From assembly GCA_038206875.1 (NCBI GenBank), contig JBBRAK010000001.1:67925-131924 (forward strand): a stretch of DNA of 64,000 bases. The letters run 5' to 3'. The stretch is from Candidatus Saccharimonadales bacterium. Its GTDB lineage: Bacteria; Patescibacteriota; Saccharimonadia; Saccharimonadales; JBBQAJ01. Position 1 is the first letter of the stretch; every line of letters begins with the position of its first letter. This document shows positions 27,841-38,052 of this stretch, in pieces. Below the pieces are notes generated by a model that did no database searches, was not told the DNA's origin, and saw nothing but the letters and a program-made list of their open reading frames with translations. Position numbers and translations under genes: made by a program.

Positions 27841-28137
27841 CTAACATTGTACTGACGAATAGGACTCACTATCAACAACTACTCCTGCTGAATCCAATAC
27901 ACCGCTAATCACTCTAACCTCGCCGAGATTGCCGTCGGGATGAGAAATATTAGCAACAAGTCCAAAGGTTTCTTCTGGTGTATTTTCACGCCCAAACTCT
28001 GGGTGTGATATATCTGCGATTGGACCTAATAATCTTCGACGTTGCTTAACATAATCTGCATTATCTGGGTCTATGGGTGAAACTTCAGGTTGATCACCAA
28101 GCTCATCTAATAATTCTCTGCGTGCATCGCTAGACAT
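27841..28137 (-). CDS. hypothetical acidic protein
   Basis: 98 aa, the only minus-strand gene in a plus-strand block. Internal repeat ISHPEFGRE / ISHPDGNLGE. Confidence 0.35.
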   Translation of the reverse strand: MSSDARRELLDELGDQPEVSPIDPDNADYVKQRRRLLGPIADISHPEFGRENTPEETFGLVANISHPDGNLGEVRVISGVLDSAGVVVDSESYSSVQC

Positions 28138-28299
28138 AACTATCTCTATTATAACATACTAAAACACTAAGTATTACAAATGAGCCAAGTATTTTATTGT
28201 CTAAGTTGCTTTTCGTGGAATCATAAGACAGAATATCCTTGACAATAATGGAATAAACTGCTAGTATATATTCGTTAGTTAAAAATAAAAAGTATAAAT

Positions 28300-29427
28300 A
28301 TGTCACAACCTGAAAATATGCCTCAAGCAGTAGAAGCCCCAGTACAAAACGGAAGTCAAGAAGGCTTGTCCAGGAACAGATTAGTTGCTATAGGAACAAC
28401 CGTAGCAATTGCAGCTGGAATAGGTGGCATGGAGTCCATACAGCCCACGGAAGCGACTCATGATGGTGCTCCAGCTTCTGAGATAACCGTAAATATGCCA
28501 GTCACATCTCCTGAAGATGTTTTATCACAGATTAGTTCAGACGTTGAGATTAATCCGCAGGTTAAAATAGCAATCAGAGGGAACGCTCAAAACACCTATG
28601 AAGAAGATTTCCAAACTGAGCAAACAGATGCCCAGGACACGAATAGCGAAGTCCAAGCTTTTGTAGAACAAAACAAAGGCCTGCTAAGTCATCCAGAGAA
28701 AATTGATGCTATTTCGATAGTTGGGTTGGCTTCTGCGGAAGATGAACAACTCAGCGACGAACAACTTATAACCCCTAGTGCAGAAAACCTAGAGTTGGCC
28801 GGACAACGAGGCGAGTTGGCCAGAACTGCATTGGTTAAAGAAATCAAAGCTCAAACTGGCGTTGATGTGTCAGATAAAATCACCATGGGCGCACGCGAGG
28901 ACATGCTAAACCAAGAAGAATATCAGCAAGTGACAGAAATGGTTGGCAGGTTTGGATATGATTCTGTTGAAACCATGGTAGATGCGTATAATAGGGGCGG
29001 TACTGTGCCTCCTGAGGTTGGCGAATTACTAGACAGCGTGTTAGCCAGTGAACGTGGCGCGGAAATAACAATAGAACTACATGATGGAACAAAACTTGAT
29101 GTCAAAGCACCAAAGCCAAGACCCCAAGAAGCAAATCACGGCGACAACAACGTAGTTGCTGACAGATACGAAGGGTACATACCTAAAGACGAAGCGCCGG
29201 CTGTTATGACAGAAGCGACTTTGCTTCCAGAACGTCCAGGTGAGCATTTTGCTCGTGTAAAAAACGGGAGTCGTTTCCAGACCCGAACTGACCCGATTGG
29301 CAAGAGAGTCAAACAACCCCGAGCGGGCAACACCAATGTTAGAAGCAGAGTAATGAGCGAAGGCAAAAGAAAATCTGGTCGCAAGGGCGGTCAGAGTAAA
29401 CATTCTAGCCGAGGCCACCGAGGCTAG
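28300..29427 (+). CDS. hypothetical membrane-anchored/secreted protein with highly basic C-terminal tail
   Basis: N-terminal TM/signal anchor (LVAIGTTVAIAAGIGG), an acidic middle and a C-terminal tail KRVKQPRAGNTNVRSRVMSEGKRKSGRKGGQSKHSSRGHRG. Confidence 0.4.
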   Translation: MSQPENMPQAVEAPVQNGSQEGLSRNRLVAIGTTVAIAAGIGGMESIQPTEATHDGAPASEITVNMPVTSPEDVLSQISSDVEINPQVKIAIRGNAQNTYEEDFQTEQTDAQDTNSEVQAFVEQNKGLLSHPEKIDAISIVGLASAEDEQLSDEQLITPSAENLELAGQRGELARTALVKEIKAQTGVDVSDKITMGAREDMLNQEEYQQVTEMVGRFGYDSVETMVDAYNRGGTVPPEVGELLDSVLASERGAEITIELHDGTKLDVKAPKPRPQEANHGDNNVVADRYEGYIPKDEAPAVMTEATLLPERPGEHFARVKNGSRFQTRTDPIGKRVKQPRAGNTNVRSRVMSEGKRKSGRKGGQSKHSSRGHRG

Positions 29428-29454
29428 CATACAAAGTTAGAATACAAAGTACTC

Positions 29455-30378
29455 ATGCTTGCTAGTCGACTGGTTTTTCAGGTATTGTTGATGCAAATGA
29501 GTGCGGACATGAATTGTTTTGAAGCTGTTAGAGAACTTGACGCTGCTATGGCAGACGTTATTCCTACTGGCATGAACTATATAGTGCTAGGCGGTATTGT
29601 CAGTTCTGCGATACGCCATCCAGACACGATCTTTGATTCACAAGAAAATGGAGGAATGTTGCTTGCTCCAAATTCAGCTGCCGACCCAGTTATAAGAGAA
29701 AATGGTACCAAACGGGATGTAGATATTTTGATCACTGGAGTGCTTGATCGCGAAACTTGCCACAACGTAAAACAAACGGTGCATGAGGCAACGGGGGGAG
29801 AGTTGGTTGTTTCTGTTTTTGATTTTGAGGCACATGACCCTAATCCTTCATGGCTAAGCAAAGTGAAAGCAGGCGTAAGCCATAGGACTATTGATGAAAA
29901 TGGAGTATTGCGATATGAGATGTATCCGCTGCTTAAAGAAGTTAAACCAGAAACTTATGAACCTTGGTATCTAACGATAGACAATGGTCAGACCAAGATA
30001 AATGTATTAAATCCAGCTGGACATATATTGGCATATCGGATGCGTTCAATTTCTGGGATTCGTCCAAAAGATGTTGGTAAGGTTGCTGAAATGACAAGAT
30101 GTGTCATGGCAGTGCCTGAGCTTGAAGATGCAATACGTGAAGGAGATTTTGCAGATTGGTTGGATTTTGCGGAAGCACTGCAAAGCATTCTACGCGCAGA
30201 AATAGAGCCAGGGGATGGTTTGCTTTTTCCCGAGGCTGGGAGAGCGTCGCTTGTTGCATTTCGTTGGAAAGGCAAACTTTTGCATGCACTAGAAAGCAAT
30301 GAATCACTAGTACGACTTGCCCAAGATGAAAAAGGAGTTGTTGAAAAAGCCTTGAATTTCTTTGTCCGGGCAAAGTAG
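29455..30378 (+). CDS. hypothetical protein (weak nucleotidyltransferase-like N-terminal region)
   Basis: 307 aa. GG...GTKRDVDILITG is loosely reminiscent of a minimal NTase, but the canonical GS/DxD pattern is not clear. Confidence 0.4.
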   Translation: MLASRLVFQVLLMQMSADMNCFEAVRELDAAMADVIPTGMNYIVLGGIVSSAIRHPDTIFDSQENGGMLLAPNSAADPVIRENGTKRDVDILITGVLDRETCHNVKQTVHEATGGELVVSVFDFEAHDPNPSWLSKVKAGVSHRTIDENGVLRYEMYPLLKEVKPETYEPWYLTIDNGQTKINVLNPAGHILAYRMRSISGIRPKDVGKVAEMTRCVMAVPELEDAIREGDFADWLDFAEALQSILRAEIEPGDGLLFPEAGRASLVAFRWKGKLLHALESNESLVRLAQDEKGVVEKALNFFVRAK

Positions 30379-30407
30379 CGCTGGTTAAGTGATATGATTG
30401 AGAGAAT

Positions 30408-30962
30408 ATGAAAACAGCATTTTTGTTGCATGGAACGGGTGGAAATAGTGATGATTATTTCTGGTTTGCTGACACTAAGAGGTTTTTGGAAAAGCACGGT
30501 TACAATGTCTGGATGCCTCAACTACCAAACTCAAATGCTCCTAAGTTCCAGGAATCGTTAGAATTTGTTGAGGATAATATGCCAGTAATTGACCACGACA
30601 CAATCGTTATTGGGCATTCTTCTAGCTGTCCATTGATATTGAGTTGGTTGCAATACGTTAAAATTCCAATTAAACAAGCTGTGCTGGTGGCGGGATATTA
30701 CGAACCAAAACCCGACCAGTCTACTTCTTTGTTGCAAAAAACAGAGTTTGACTGGGAAGCAATTAAAGGTGCGTGCAAAAACATAGTCATGATAAATTCA
30801 GACAATGACCCTTGGGGCTGTGACGACAAACAGGCACGTCCAACCGCAAAAAAATTAGGTGCAAAGTTTGTCTTGGCCAAAAATCAAGGTCATATGGGCT
30901 CAAATGCTTACAATCAACCGTATAGAGAACATGAATTGGTCAAAGAAGAGCTAAATGTGTAA
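30408..30962 (+). CDS. alpha/beta serine hydrolase (RBBP9/YdeN-like)
   Basis: LLHGTGGNSDDYFW, nucleophile elbow IGHSSS, acid NSDNDPW and His (NQGHMGS) in the order expected for the family. 184 aa. Confidence 0.7.
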   Translation: MKTAFLLHGTGGNSDDYFWFADTKRFLEKHGYNVWMPQLPNSNAPKFQESLEFVEDNMPVIDHDTIVIGHSSSCPLILSWLQYVKIPIKQAVLVAGYYEPKPDQSTSLLQKTEFDWEAIKGACKNIVMINSDNDPWGCDDKQARPTAKKLGAKFVLAKNQGHMGSNAYNQPYREHELVKEELNV

Positions 30963-30980
30963 TGTTATCATAGGCGTAGT

Positions 30981-31439
30981 ATGCTAGATGTTGAAGAGGC
31001 TATTAGAGATTATTTGCCAAATATAATTCACATGTCTTTGGCGACTTGTGTTGGAAATAAGCCTTGGGTTTGTGAAGTTCATTTTGCGTATGACAAAGAG
31101 TTAAATTTATACTTTCGTTCTACACTTTCACGGCGTCACAGCCAAGAAATTGAGCAGAACCCAACTGTAGCAGGGAACATAATTTCGCAACACCAGCTGA
31201 GCGACAAGCCCAGAGGTGTGTATTTTGAAGGCACGGCAAAATTATTAGAAAATGTAGATGAAGACCACGTAGCCTATAAAATGATTTCTAGCAGATTTAA
31301 TCTAGGTAATGAAATATTGGAAGATGCCAAATTAGTCGATGGACACAAATTTTACGAAATCAAGGTAGGTAATTTTTATGTATTTGATGCTCGTGAAACA
31401 GACCCATCAAAAAAATACCATCTACATTGGATAAAGTAG
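30981..31439 (+). CDS. pyridoxamine 5'-phosphate oxidase-like FMN-binding protein
   Basis: 152 aa split-barrel pattern (IIHMSLATCVGNKPWVCEVHFAYD...LYFRS...GVYFEGTAKLL). Confidence 0.6.
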   Translation: MLDVEEAIRDYLPNIIHMSLATCVGNKPWVCEVHFAYDKELNLYFRSTLSRRHSQEIEQNPTVAGNIISQHQLSDKPRGVYFEGTAKLLENVDEDHVAYKMISSRFNLGNEILEDAKLVDGHKFYEIKVGNFYVFDARETDPSKKYHLHWIK

Positions 31440-31440
31440 C

Positions 31441-32295
31441 TCAACCAGCGTCAGATTTTATTATTTCAAGCATTTCCTGATAAGTTACACTTGGATAGCT
31501 CAACGCGTGTAGTTTTCTAATGGAGAGTGAGTTGTTATCTGGCCAGCCGGCTTCATTGCCGTCAGGCTTTACCAAGGAGCCATTTATACCTAAACGCTCT
31601 GCGACGTCGTGCATAAATTGATAATACGTCACCGGTGTATCAATACCTAAATTTAGAATGATTTGTTTGGCTGAATCTTTAATAATGTAATTTACCAAGA
31701 TATCGCAGACATTGTTTATCAGTACTGGAGTGAAAAGCTTTTTGGAATCAAAAGAAACGTATTTGCCATCCAACAGTGAACGCAAAGCATCTGGAAAATG
31801 TTTGGGTGAAGCAAAATTATTACTAATTCCAACATGCCTATGCCCCCGCGTAATCAGGTAAGGAAGCTTCGATTTCATAAGTAATTTTTCGCAAATTACT
31901 TTAGATTCTCCGTACGGACTGCGAGGTTGTGGGTTGTCTGTTTCTGCGTAATTGCCATTTTCTTTACCACCGTAAACGGCCTCGGTGCTCGTAAAAAGAA
32001 ACGGTGTTTTTTTCGGTAAAGCCAAGTCGATAAGGTTCTGCGTAATCGCTGGATTTGAGGTTATGATTTCAGAGCTTGTGGTTATGTCGCGTCCGGTATC
32101 AGCAGCCAAATGAACAATAAAATCTGGTTTGAAATCTTCAAATATCTGTTTAACTTTTTCGGTGTTATGCAAGTCGACAGGATTTCTAACGTCGTTCCTA
32201 GAAACAGTTAATATATTGAAAGTAGAACCATATAGTTCGACAAACTTAGTACCTATGTACCCGCTCGAGCCAGTGAGAAAAATTTTCTTTGACAT
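31441..32295 (-). CDS. NAD-dependent epimerase/dehydratase (extended SDR) family protein
   Basis: Rossmann motif IFLTGSSGYIGTKF, catalytic YxxxK region and overall extended-SDR layout. Start at MSKKIF; the TTG 18 nt upstream is less likely. Confidence 0.75.
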   Translation of the reverse strand: MSKKIFLTGSSGYIGTKFVELYGSTFNILTVSRNDVRNPVDLHNTEKVKQIFEDFKPDFIVHLAADTGRDITTSSEIITSNPAITQNLIDLALPKKTPFLFTSTEAVYGGKENGNYAETDNPQPRSPYGESKVICEKLLMKSKLPYLITRGHRHVGISNNFASPKHFPDALRSLLDGKYVSFDSKKLFTPVLINNVCDILVNYIIKDSAKQIILNLGIDTPVTYYQFMHDVAERLGINGSLVKPDGNEAGWPDNNSLSIRKLHALSYPSVTYQEMLEIIKSDAG

Positions 32296-32341
32296 ACTAT
32301 AATTATAAAACAAATATGCTTAACGGTGATATGATTATCCA

Positions 32342-32764
32342 ATGATTGTTTATTATACGGACGGGAGTTGTGAGCCGAACCCTGGGACGGGTGGATTCGC
32401 GGTCATACGAGAAATGAAACCACAAGTACTCGGTGGAGAGCACGAAACTACCAATATCCGGATGGAAGGTTTTGCTATAATTGCGGCACTCAAAGATTCT
32501 GCTGGTGAAAAATGTGAAATATATACAGACAGTGAATTTTGGATAAAAGTTATAACCGTTTGGTCAATTGGATGGGAAGCTAACGGGTGGAAGAAAAAGG
32601 GCGGAGTGATAAAAAACCTAGATATAGTCCAGCGGATCTGTCCGCTATATAAAAAGTCGCATGCAAAGCTAGTATGGGTTAGGGGGCATAATGATGACCC
32701 TGGGAATGAGATGGCGGATGAGTGGGCAAATAAGGCACGATTACAGCAATTTAATAGCAAATAA
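32342..32764 (+). CDS. rnhA: ribonuclease HI
   Basis: YTDGSC, E (HETTNIRMEGFA), D (IYTDSE) and H..D (GHNDDPGNEMADEWA) in canonical RNase H order. 140 aa. Confidence 0.88.
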   Translation: MIVYYTDGSCEPNPGTGGFAVIREMKPQVLGGEHETTNIRMEGFAIIAALKDSAGEKCEIYTDSEFWIKVITVWSIGWEANGWKKKGGVIKNLDIVQRICPLYKKSHAKLVWVRGHNDDPGNEMADEWANKARLQQFNSK

Positions 32765-33052
32765 AAATCAGCGTACGCTATGCTTACTGCCAATATTACT
32801 TTTTTGGTCAGCAAAAAAGTAACCAAAAAAGCTGACAGACACTTCCAGTTCTTGATGACTCCATTGTCAAACACAACAATGCTCGTCGCTATTGCTAAAG
32901 CAGTAGCTCCTCTCTCTAATTGTTGCTTTGACGACTCCATCATCAGGAACTTCCAGAGTCTGAAAAAATGTCATGAACTTATGTTCGAAATTGGCGCACG
33001 TTCTACTTGTGACGGGGAGTATAATGTAAATAGTTAATTTAAGGAGGTTTAT

Positions 33053-33424
33053 ATGTTGTCAGATAGCAATATTAGTGCGGTTTTGGCAGTTAAAGATATG
33101 GAAAAGGCCAAAGAATTTTATGAAGGAAAGCTAGGGTTAAAGCCAGATGGAACTGATCCGGACGGGATATATTACAAAAGTGGGAACACACAGGTGCTTG
33201 TGTACGTGTCTCAGTTTGCTGGAACAAATCAAGCCACATCAGCCGGTTGGAAAGTAGATGACATTGAGGCAACTGTTGCGGAGTTGTCGGAGAAGGGTGT
33301 TAAGTTTGAACACTATGATTTTCCTGGTTCAAAACGAGAAGGTGACGTGCACGTGCTGGAAGGCGTAAAAGCCGCCTGGTTCAAGGATCCTGATGGAAAT
33401 ATTTTGGCAATTGATCAAGTTTAG
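33053..33424 (+). CDS. VOC/glyoxalase-family protein
   Basis: VLAVKDMEKAKEFYEGKLGL ... AWFKDPDGNILAI are paired beta-alpha-beta-beta-beta module hallmarks. Confidence 0.65.
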   Translation: MLSDSNISAVLAVKDMEKAKEFYEGKLGLKPDGTDPDGIYYKSGNTQVLVYVSQFAGTNQATSAGWKVDDIEATVAELSEKGVKFEHYDFPGSKREGDVHVLEGVKAAWFKDPDGNILAIDQV

Positions 33425-33474
33425 GGATGTTCAAATAAAAAACATTAAAACTTTTTTGCTGGTATGATTAGTTT

Positions 33475-34041
33475 ATGAATCAAAAAGCAAATTTTGCGTT
33501 TATTGATAGTCAGAATTTGAATGTTGGCGTTCAGAAGTATGGTTGGAAGATGGACTGGATTAAATTTCGTAAGTTTTTGGCTGAGAAATTTAACATTTCA
33601 GATGCATATATGTTTATTGGCTATGTGCCAGAGTTTGAAGAAATGTACAAACAGCTTCACGAGGCAGGTTACATGGTCGTCCTGAAACCGACTTATGACA
33701 TGACTCGTCCAAGGCCTGAGGAAAAGGAGCCGGTGGTAAGGATAAATGAGCAGGGCAAAAAAGAGGAAGAAGAAAAACGGCCAGTAAAAGGCAATGTGGA
33801 CGCTGATTTAGTGTTGTGGGTTATGAAAGAACTGCATAATTACAATAAAGCTGTGATAGTTTCGGGAGATGGAGATTTTTATAGTTTGGTTGAGTATCTG
33901 GACACGCAGAACAAGCTTCTGAAGATATTGGCTCCAAATGCCCAGTATTCAGGTTTGTTTAACAAATATGAGTCATATATAGAGCGTTTAGATAATTCGC
34001 GTAAAGTATTAGCTTACTACGATCGTAAAAGAAAAAAATAA
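33475..34041 (+). CDS. NYN-domain (LabA-like) protein
   Basis: Acidic residues in NYN order: FIDSQN, NVDADLVLWV, IVSGDGDF. 188 aa. Confidence 0.7.
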   Translation: MNQKANFAFIDSQNLNVGVQKYGWKMDWIKFRKFLAEKFNISDAYMFIGYVPEFEEMYKQLHEAGYMVVLKPTYDMTRPRPEEKEPVVRINEQGKKEEEEKRPVKGNVDADLVLWVMKELHNYNKAVIVSGDGDFYSLVEYLDTQNKLLKILAPNAQYSGLFNKYESYIERLDNSRKVLAYYDRKRKK

Positions 34042-34051
34042 CTCACGTTTT

Positions 34052-34312
34052 ATGAAGAAGGATATCGAATCACGCCTGGCCGCAGTAGAAGTTAGAAATA
34101 TACGTGTCGAAAACGATAAGGAATGGGAGGTGAGTTGGGCTCGTAGATTTTCGATTGTGGCACTTACATATTTTACCGTCTTAGCGTATTTGATAATCAT
34201 AAAAAATAACAAACCGTTTTTGAACGCAAGCGTTCCGGCGATAGGGTTTTTACTTTCAACTTTAATTTTGAAAAGAGTAAAAAATATATGGCAAAACCTA
34301 AACAAAAAATAG
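34052..34312 (+). CDS. small hypothetical membrane protein
   Basis: 86 aa with one or two TM helices. Overlaps the def start. Confidence 0.3.
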   Translation: MKKDIESRLAAVEVRNIRVENDKEWEVSWARRFSIVALTYFTVLAYLIIIKNNKPFLNASVPAIGFLLSTLILKRVKNIWQNLNKK

Positions 34313-34854
34313 TACTTGCCAGAACTGAGTTTGGCAATCCTATTCTTCGAAATAGGGCAGATAAACTTTCTGTGTTTGAAATCAAGTCATCTAAAACACA
34401 GCACCTAATATCTGCTATGAAATCTACGCTTATGGAAACCAAGCTAGGTGTGGGTTTGGCAGCACCCCAAGTGGGAGAGGGAGTTGCACTATCCGTTATA
34501 TTGGTTCAGCCAACTAAGCATCGTCCTGAGGTCAAGCCGTTTGAACTTGTGATAATAAATCCAGAAATTATTCAGACATTTGGTAGAAAATATCAGTTGT
34601 GGGAGGGTTGCATAAGCTCGGGGCAGGGCAAAGCCGGTCTTTTTGCCAAAGTACCAAGATATAACAAGGTAAAATTGAAGTTTACGGACGAAAATGGAAC
34701 AGGCCATAGCAAAATATTTTCAGGTTTGCCGGCACAAGTGATTCAACATGAAGTCGACCATTTGAACGGAATACTTTTTGTTGACAGAGTGAAAGACACA
34801 AAAACGTATGTAACTTATCGAGAGTACATGAGATACGTTGGCCAGAAAACGTAG
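34288..34854 (+). CDS. def: peptide deformylase
   Basis: All three PDF motifs present: GLAAPQVG, EGCIS and QHEVDHLNG. Confidence 0.9.
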   Translation: MAKPKQKIVLARTEFGNPILRNRADKLSVFEIKSSKTQHLISAMKSTLMETKLGVGLAAPQVGEGVALSVILVQPTKHRPEVKPFELVIINPEIIQTFGRKYQLWEGCISSGQGKAGLFAKVPRYNKVKLKFTDENGTGHSKIFSGLPAQVIQHEVDHLNGILFVDRVKDTKTYVTYREYMRYVGQKT

Positions 34855-34891
34855 AAACCTTAGCAGTGTTTGATATACTTATTGTTACTGC

Positions 34892-35743
34892 ATGAAATTT
34901 GTAAAACCTACTAAAGCAATTATCCCGGTGGCAGGGTACGGTACCCGCCGTTTGCCGGTGGGAAAATCTATTGAAAAGTGCATGATGCCTATACTTAACC
35001 GTCCAATTATCGATTATATTGTTGAAGATTGTATAAAGGCAGGTATTACTGATATATATTTTGTTATTACGAACGGTGCACCTCAATTGAAGAGTTATTA
35101 CAAAACCAATTCAGTTCTAGAAGAATATTTGGCTAAAAAAGGTGCAACCGAACAGCTAGAGGCTATAAAGCCACCTAAAAATGTCAATTTTCACTATGTT
35201 CAACAAACTCAGCCAAACGGTGAATATGGGACTACTGTTCCGGTCTGGTCTTGTCGGGATATTGTCGAACCAAGCGAAAACGTAGTAATAATAATGGGCG
35301 ACCAAACTTTGTTCCGTTTGGATGGCGGTTCGGACTTGGCAGACATGATAGCATCTGTGGAATCAAAACAAACAAATGCTGGTATGGTGGCAGTGGCCGT
35401 GCCTGAAGACCAGCTGCAATATTACGGAATAATTGCTATGGATAAGTCGGGACATTTTAGTCACATCGTCGAAAAACCTCCACGTAAAGATGCTCCGTCG
35501 AACCTAAATAATGCCAGCATGTATCTAGTTCCTGGCAGTTTTTGGCAATACGTACAAAAAGACATGGATGCGCCGCACACTCGTGAGTACTATTTAACTG
35601 ACGTTTTAAACGACTTTGTTGCCGATAATCACACAATAAATGTGTTTGAGGCAAAAGGAAGATACCTGGATTGTGGCAATCTAGAAGGCTGGGTCGAAGC
35701 AAATAACTATCTTCTAGAATTTACTCTGGAAAATAAAGTATAA
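34892..35743 (+). CDS. galU: UTP-glucose-1-phosphate uridylyltransferase
   Basis: KAIIPVAGYGTRRLPVGKSIEKCMMPI matches the GalU nucleotide-binding signature. 283 aa. Confidence 0.85.
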   Translation: MKFVKPTKAIIPVAGYGTRRLPVGKSIEKCMMPILNRPIIDYIVEDCIKAGITDIYFVITNGAPQLKSYYKTNSVLEEYLAKKGATEQLEAIKPPKNVNFHYVQQTQPNGEYGTTVPVWSCRDIVEPSENVVIIMGDQTLFRLDGGSDLADMIASVESKQTNAGMVAVAVPEDQLQYYGIIAMDKSGHFSHIVEKPPRKDAPSNLNNASMYLVPGSFWQYVQKDMDAPHTREYYLTDVLNDFVADNHTINVFEAKGRYLDCGNLEGWVEANNYLLEFTLENKV

Positions 35744-35749
35744 ACGCTA

Positions 35750-36571
35750 ATGCAAAAAGAACTTAATCTCAATACGGGAGCCAAAATACCATCCGTTGGT
35801 TTTGGTACATGGCAGATATTTCCAAATGGTAGAGCTAAAAAAGCTGTAGCTAGTGCGCTAGAAATTGGGTACAGACATATCGATACTGCTAGAGCATATG
35901 GTAATGAAAAGGGAGTTGGAGAAGCTATTTCGGAAAGTAAAATTTCTCGAAAAGACATATTTGTGACCACCAAACTTTGGAGTCAAAGTTTGGGTTATGA
36001 CAATGCACAGAGAGCTATTGATAATTCCCTGAAACGTTTAAAAATGGAATACGTGGATTTGTATTTGATACATTTTCCTCGTAATGAAAAGCGCTTAGAG
36101 AGTTGGCGTGCGTTTGAGGAAATATATACTTCGGGCAAAGCAAAATCTGTGGGTGTGTCCAATTTTACGGTCAGGCATTTGCAAGAACTTATGGACAAAT
36201 TTAGGGTAGTTCCTGCCATAAACCAAGTTGAGTTCCATCCGTTTCTATACAAAGACCAAATTGAACTTTTGAAATTTTGTAAAAAGCACAAGATTGTCAT
36301 TGAAGCATATAGTCCGCTTGCACATGGTAAAAAAACAGATGATTTGGTACTCCCGCCGATTGCCAAAAAACATGGGAAAAGTGTATCTCAAATTATATTA
36401 CGCTGGTGTTTGCAGCACGGAACTTTGCCACTACCAAAATCTACTAATCCTGAACATATGAAAGAAAATTTGGACATATATGATTTTGAACTTTCTGAGT
36501 CTGAGATGGATTCTATCAACGAATTGAGTGATGGGACCAGAACTTGCTGGGATCCTACAGACGTAAAATAA
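35750..36571 (+). CDS. aldo/keto reductase (2,5-diketo-D-gluconate-reductase-like)
   Basis: IPSVGFGTWQ, YRHIDTARAYGNE and the AKR catalytic tetrad context. 273 aa. Confidence 0.88.
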   Translation: MQKELNLNTGAKIPSVGFGTWQIFPNGRAKKAVASALEIGYRHIDTARAYGNEKGVGEAISESKISRKDIFVTTKLWSQSLGYDNAQRAIDNSLKRLKMEYVDLYLIHFPRNEKRLESWRAFEEIYTSGKAKSVGVSNFTVRHLQELMDKFRVVPAINQVEFHPFLYKDQIELLKFCKKHKIVIEAYSPLAHGKKTDDLVLPPIAKKHGKSVSQIILRWCLQHGTLPLPKSTNPEHMKENLDIYDFELSESEMDSINELSDGTRTCWDPTDVK

Positions 36572-36610
36572 ATTTTTCACTCTTCGGGTAGGGTATAATC
36601 TACCATAAGC

Positions 36611-37882
36611 ATGAATGAAAGTAGCAATGATGAGATATTTCCAAAACACTTTTTTTGGGGTGCCAGTACTGCAAGTCATCAAGTTGAGGGTGGAACCCTA
36701 AATCAGTGGACAGTATGGGAGCTTTCACGTGCTAAAGAAGCAGCCCAAACAGCACACCAGAGGTTAAATTGGTTACCAAACTGGAAAGATATTAAAGACC
36801 AAGCGGAAGAACCCGAAAATTATGTATCTGGTAGAGGCGTGGAGCATTACAAACGCTACAAAGAAGACTTTGATTTGGTAGAAAAACTGAATTTAAATGC
36901 CTTTAGGTTTGGCATAGAATGGTCAAGAATTGAGCCAGAAGAAGGTAAGTGGAACGAAGATGCAATTGCCCATTACAAAAAATATATTGCTGAACTTCGC
37001 TCACGTCACATCGAACCATTTCTAAACATATGGCATTGGACTTCGCCAATTTGGTTCACTGACAAAGGTGGGTTTGAGCACAAACAAAACATAAAATATT
37101 TTGAACGCTTTGTGAAAAAAGTGGCTGCTGAATTTACTGAAGATTTGAACTACATAATAACCATAAATGAACCAAATGTAGAGGCAAGTTTTGGGTACTT
37201 GCTAGGTTTGCATCCACCAAATCAAAAAAACTTGTGGTTGTTTGGAAAAGTTTACTGGAATTTAGTTAAGTGTCACCGATCTTCGTACAAGATACTAAAA
37301 GCTAAAAAACCGAGCTTACAAATCGGGATTGCTCAACAGCTTTCCAACATACAGGCCAAAAGACCTCATAGTATTTTTGATACACTATCTACAAAATGGA
37401 TGCGGTATTTTTGGAATTGGTGGTTTTTGCGTAGAATAAGTGGACATCAAGATTTTGTTGGAATCAATTATTATTTTTCTGACTATTACACCGGGATGTT
37501 GAAACGCAAAAACCCGTCAGTACCACTAAACGATATGGGTTGGTACATGGAGCCAGAAGGCCTGTATCCGCTCATGCTAAGGGCTTGGCAAAGATTTAAA
37601 AAACCAATATTTATTACTGAAAATGGATTGGCAGATGCGCAAGATAAACATCGTCGCTGGTGGATTGAAGAGACAATTGTAGCAATGGAGCGTGCAATAA
37701 GTGAAGGTGTCGACCTGCGGGGGTATTTCCATTGGAGTTTGCTGGATAATTTTGAGTGGCAGGATGGTTGGTGGCCCAAATTTGGCCTAATAGAAGTTGA
37801 TAGAGAAAATGACATGAAGCGCTCTATACGACCCAGCGCCAAATGGTATTCCAAGCGGGTAAAAGACATCAGGAATTCTTAA
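36611..37882 (+). CDS. glycoside hydrolase family 1 (beta-glucosidase/6-phospho-beta-glucosidase type)
   Basis: FFWGASTASHQVEGG, LNAFRFGIEWSRIEP, acid/base TINEP and nucleophile ITENG. Confidence 0.88.
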   Translation: MNESSNDEIFPKHFFWGASTASHQVEGGTLNQWTVWELSRAKEAAQTAHQRLNWLPNWKDIKDQAEEPENYVSGRGVEHYKRYKEDFDLVEKLNLNAFRFGIEWSRIEPEEGKWNEDAIAHYKKYIAELRSRHIEPFLNIWHWTSPIWFTDKGGFEHKQNIKYFERFVKKVAAEFTEDLNYIITINEPNVEASFGYLLGLHPPNQKNLWLFGKVYWNLVKCHRSSYKILKAKKPSLQIGIAQQLSNIQAKRPHSIFDTLSTKWMRYFWNWWFLRRISGHQDFVGINYYFSDYYTGMLKRKNPSVPLNDMGWYMEPEGLYPLMLRAWQRFKKPIFITENGLADAQDKHRRWWIEETIVAMERAISEGVDLRGYFHWSLLDNFEWQDGWWPKFGLIEVDRENDMKRSIRPSAKWYSKRVKDIRNS

Positions 37883-37972
37883 GTAGAGACGATATGTGAT
37901 ATGCCGTTCCCATTTTTCCAACAGTTACACAAGTTGTCCTAGTGTTTGAAAAATAATCTAGACACCATATGT

Positions 37973-38009
37973 TGTGGATAAAGTTTAAATTTGTAAAAAC
38001 TGTGGATAA
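37973..38009. promoter_or_regulatory. two perfect DnaA boxes (TGTGGATAA = complement of TTATCCACA), same orientation, 28 bp apart
   Basis: Boxes at 37973-37981 and 38001-38009, about 200 bp upstream of mraZ. Two further perfect 9-mers lie at 46914-46922 and 49121-49129, against about 0.5 expected by chance in 64 kb on both strands. Confidence 0.45.
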
Positions 38010-38052
38010 CTGTCCCTATTTGTGACAGTTTTTTAGTATAAAGTGCTTGATT

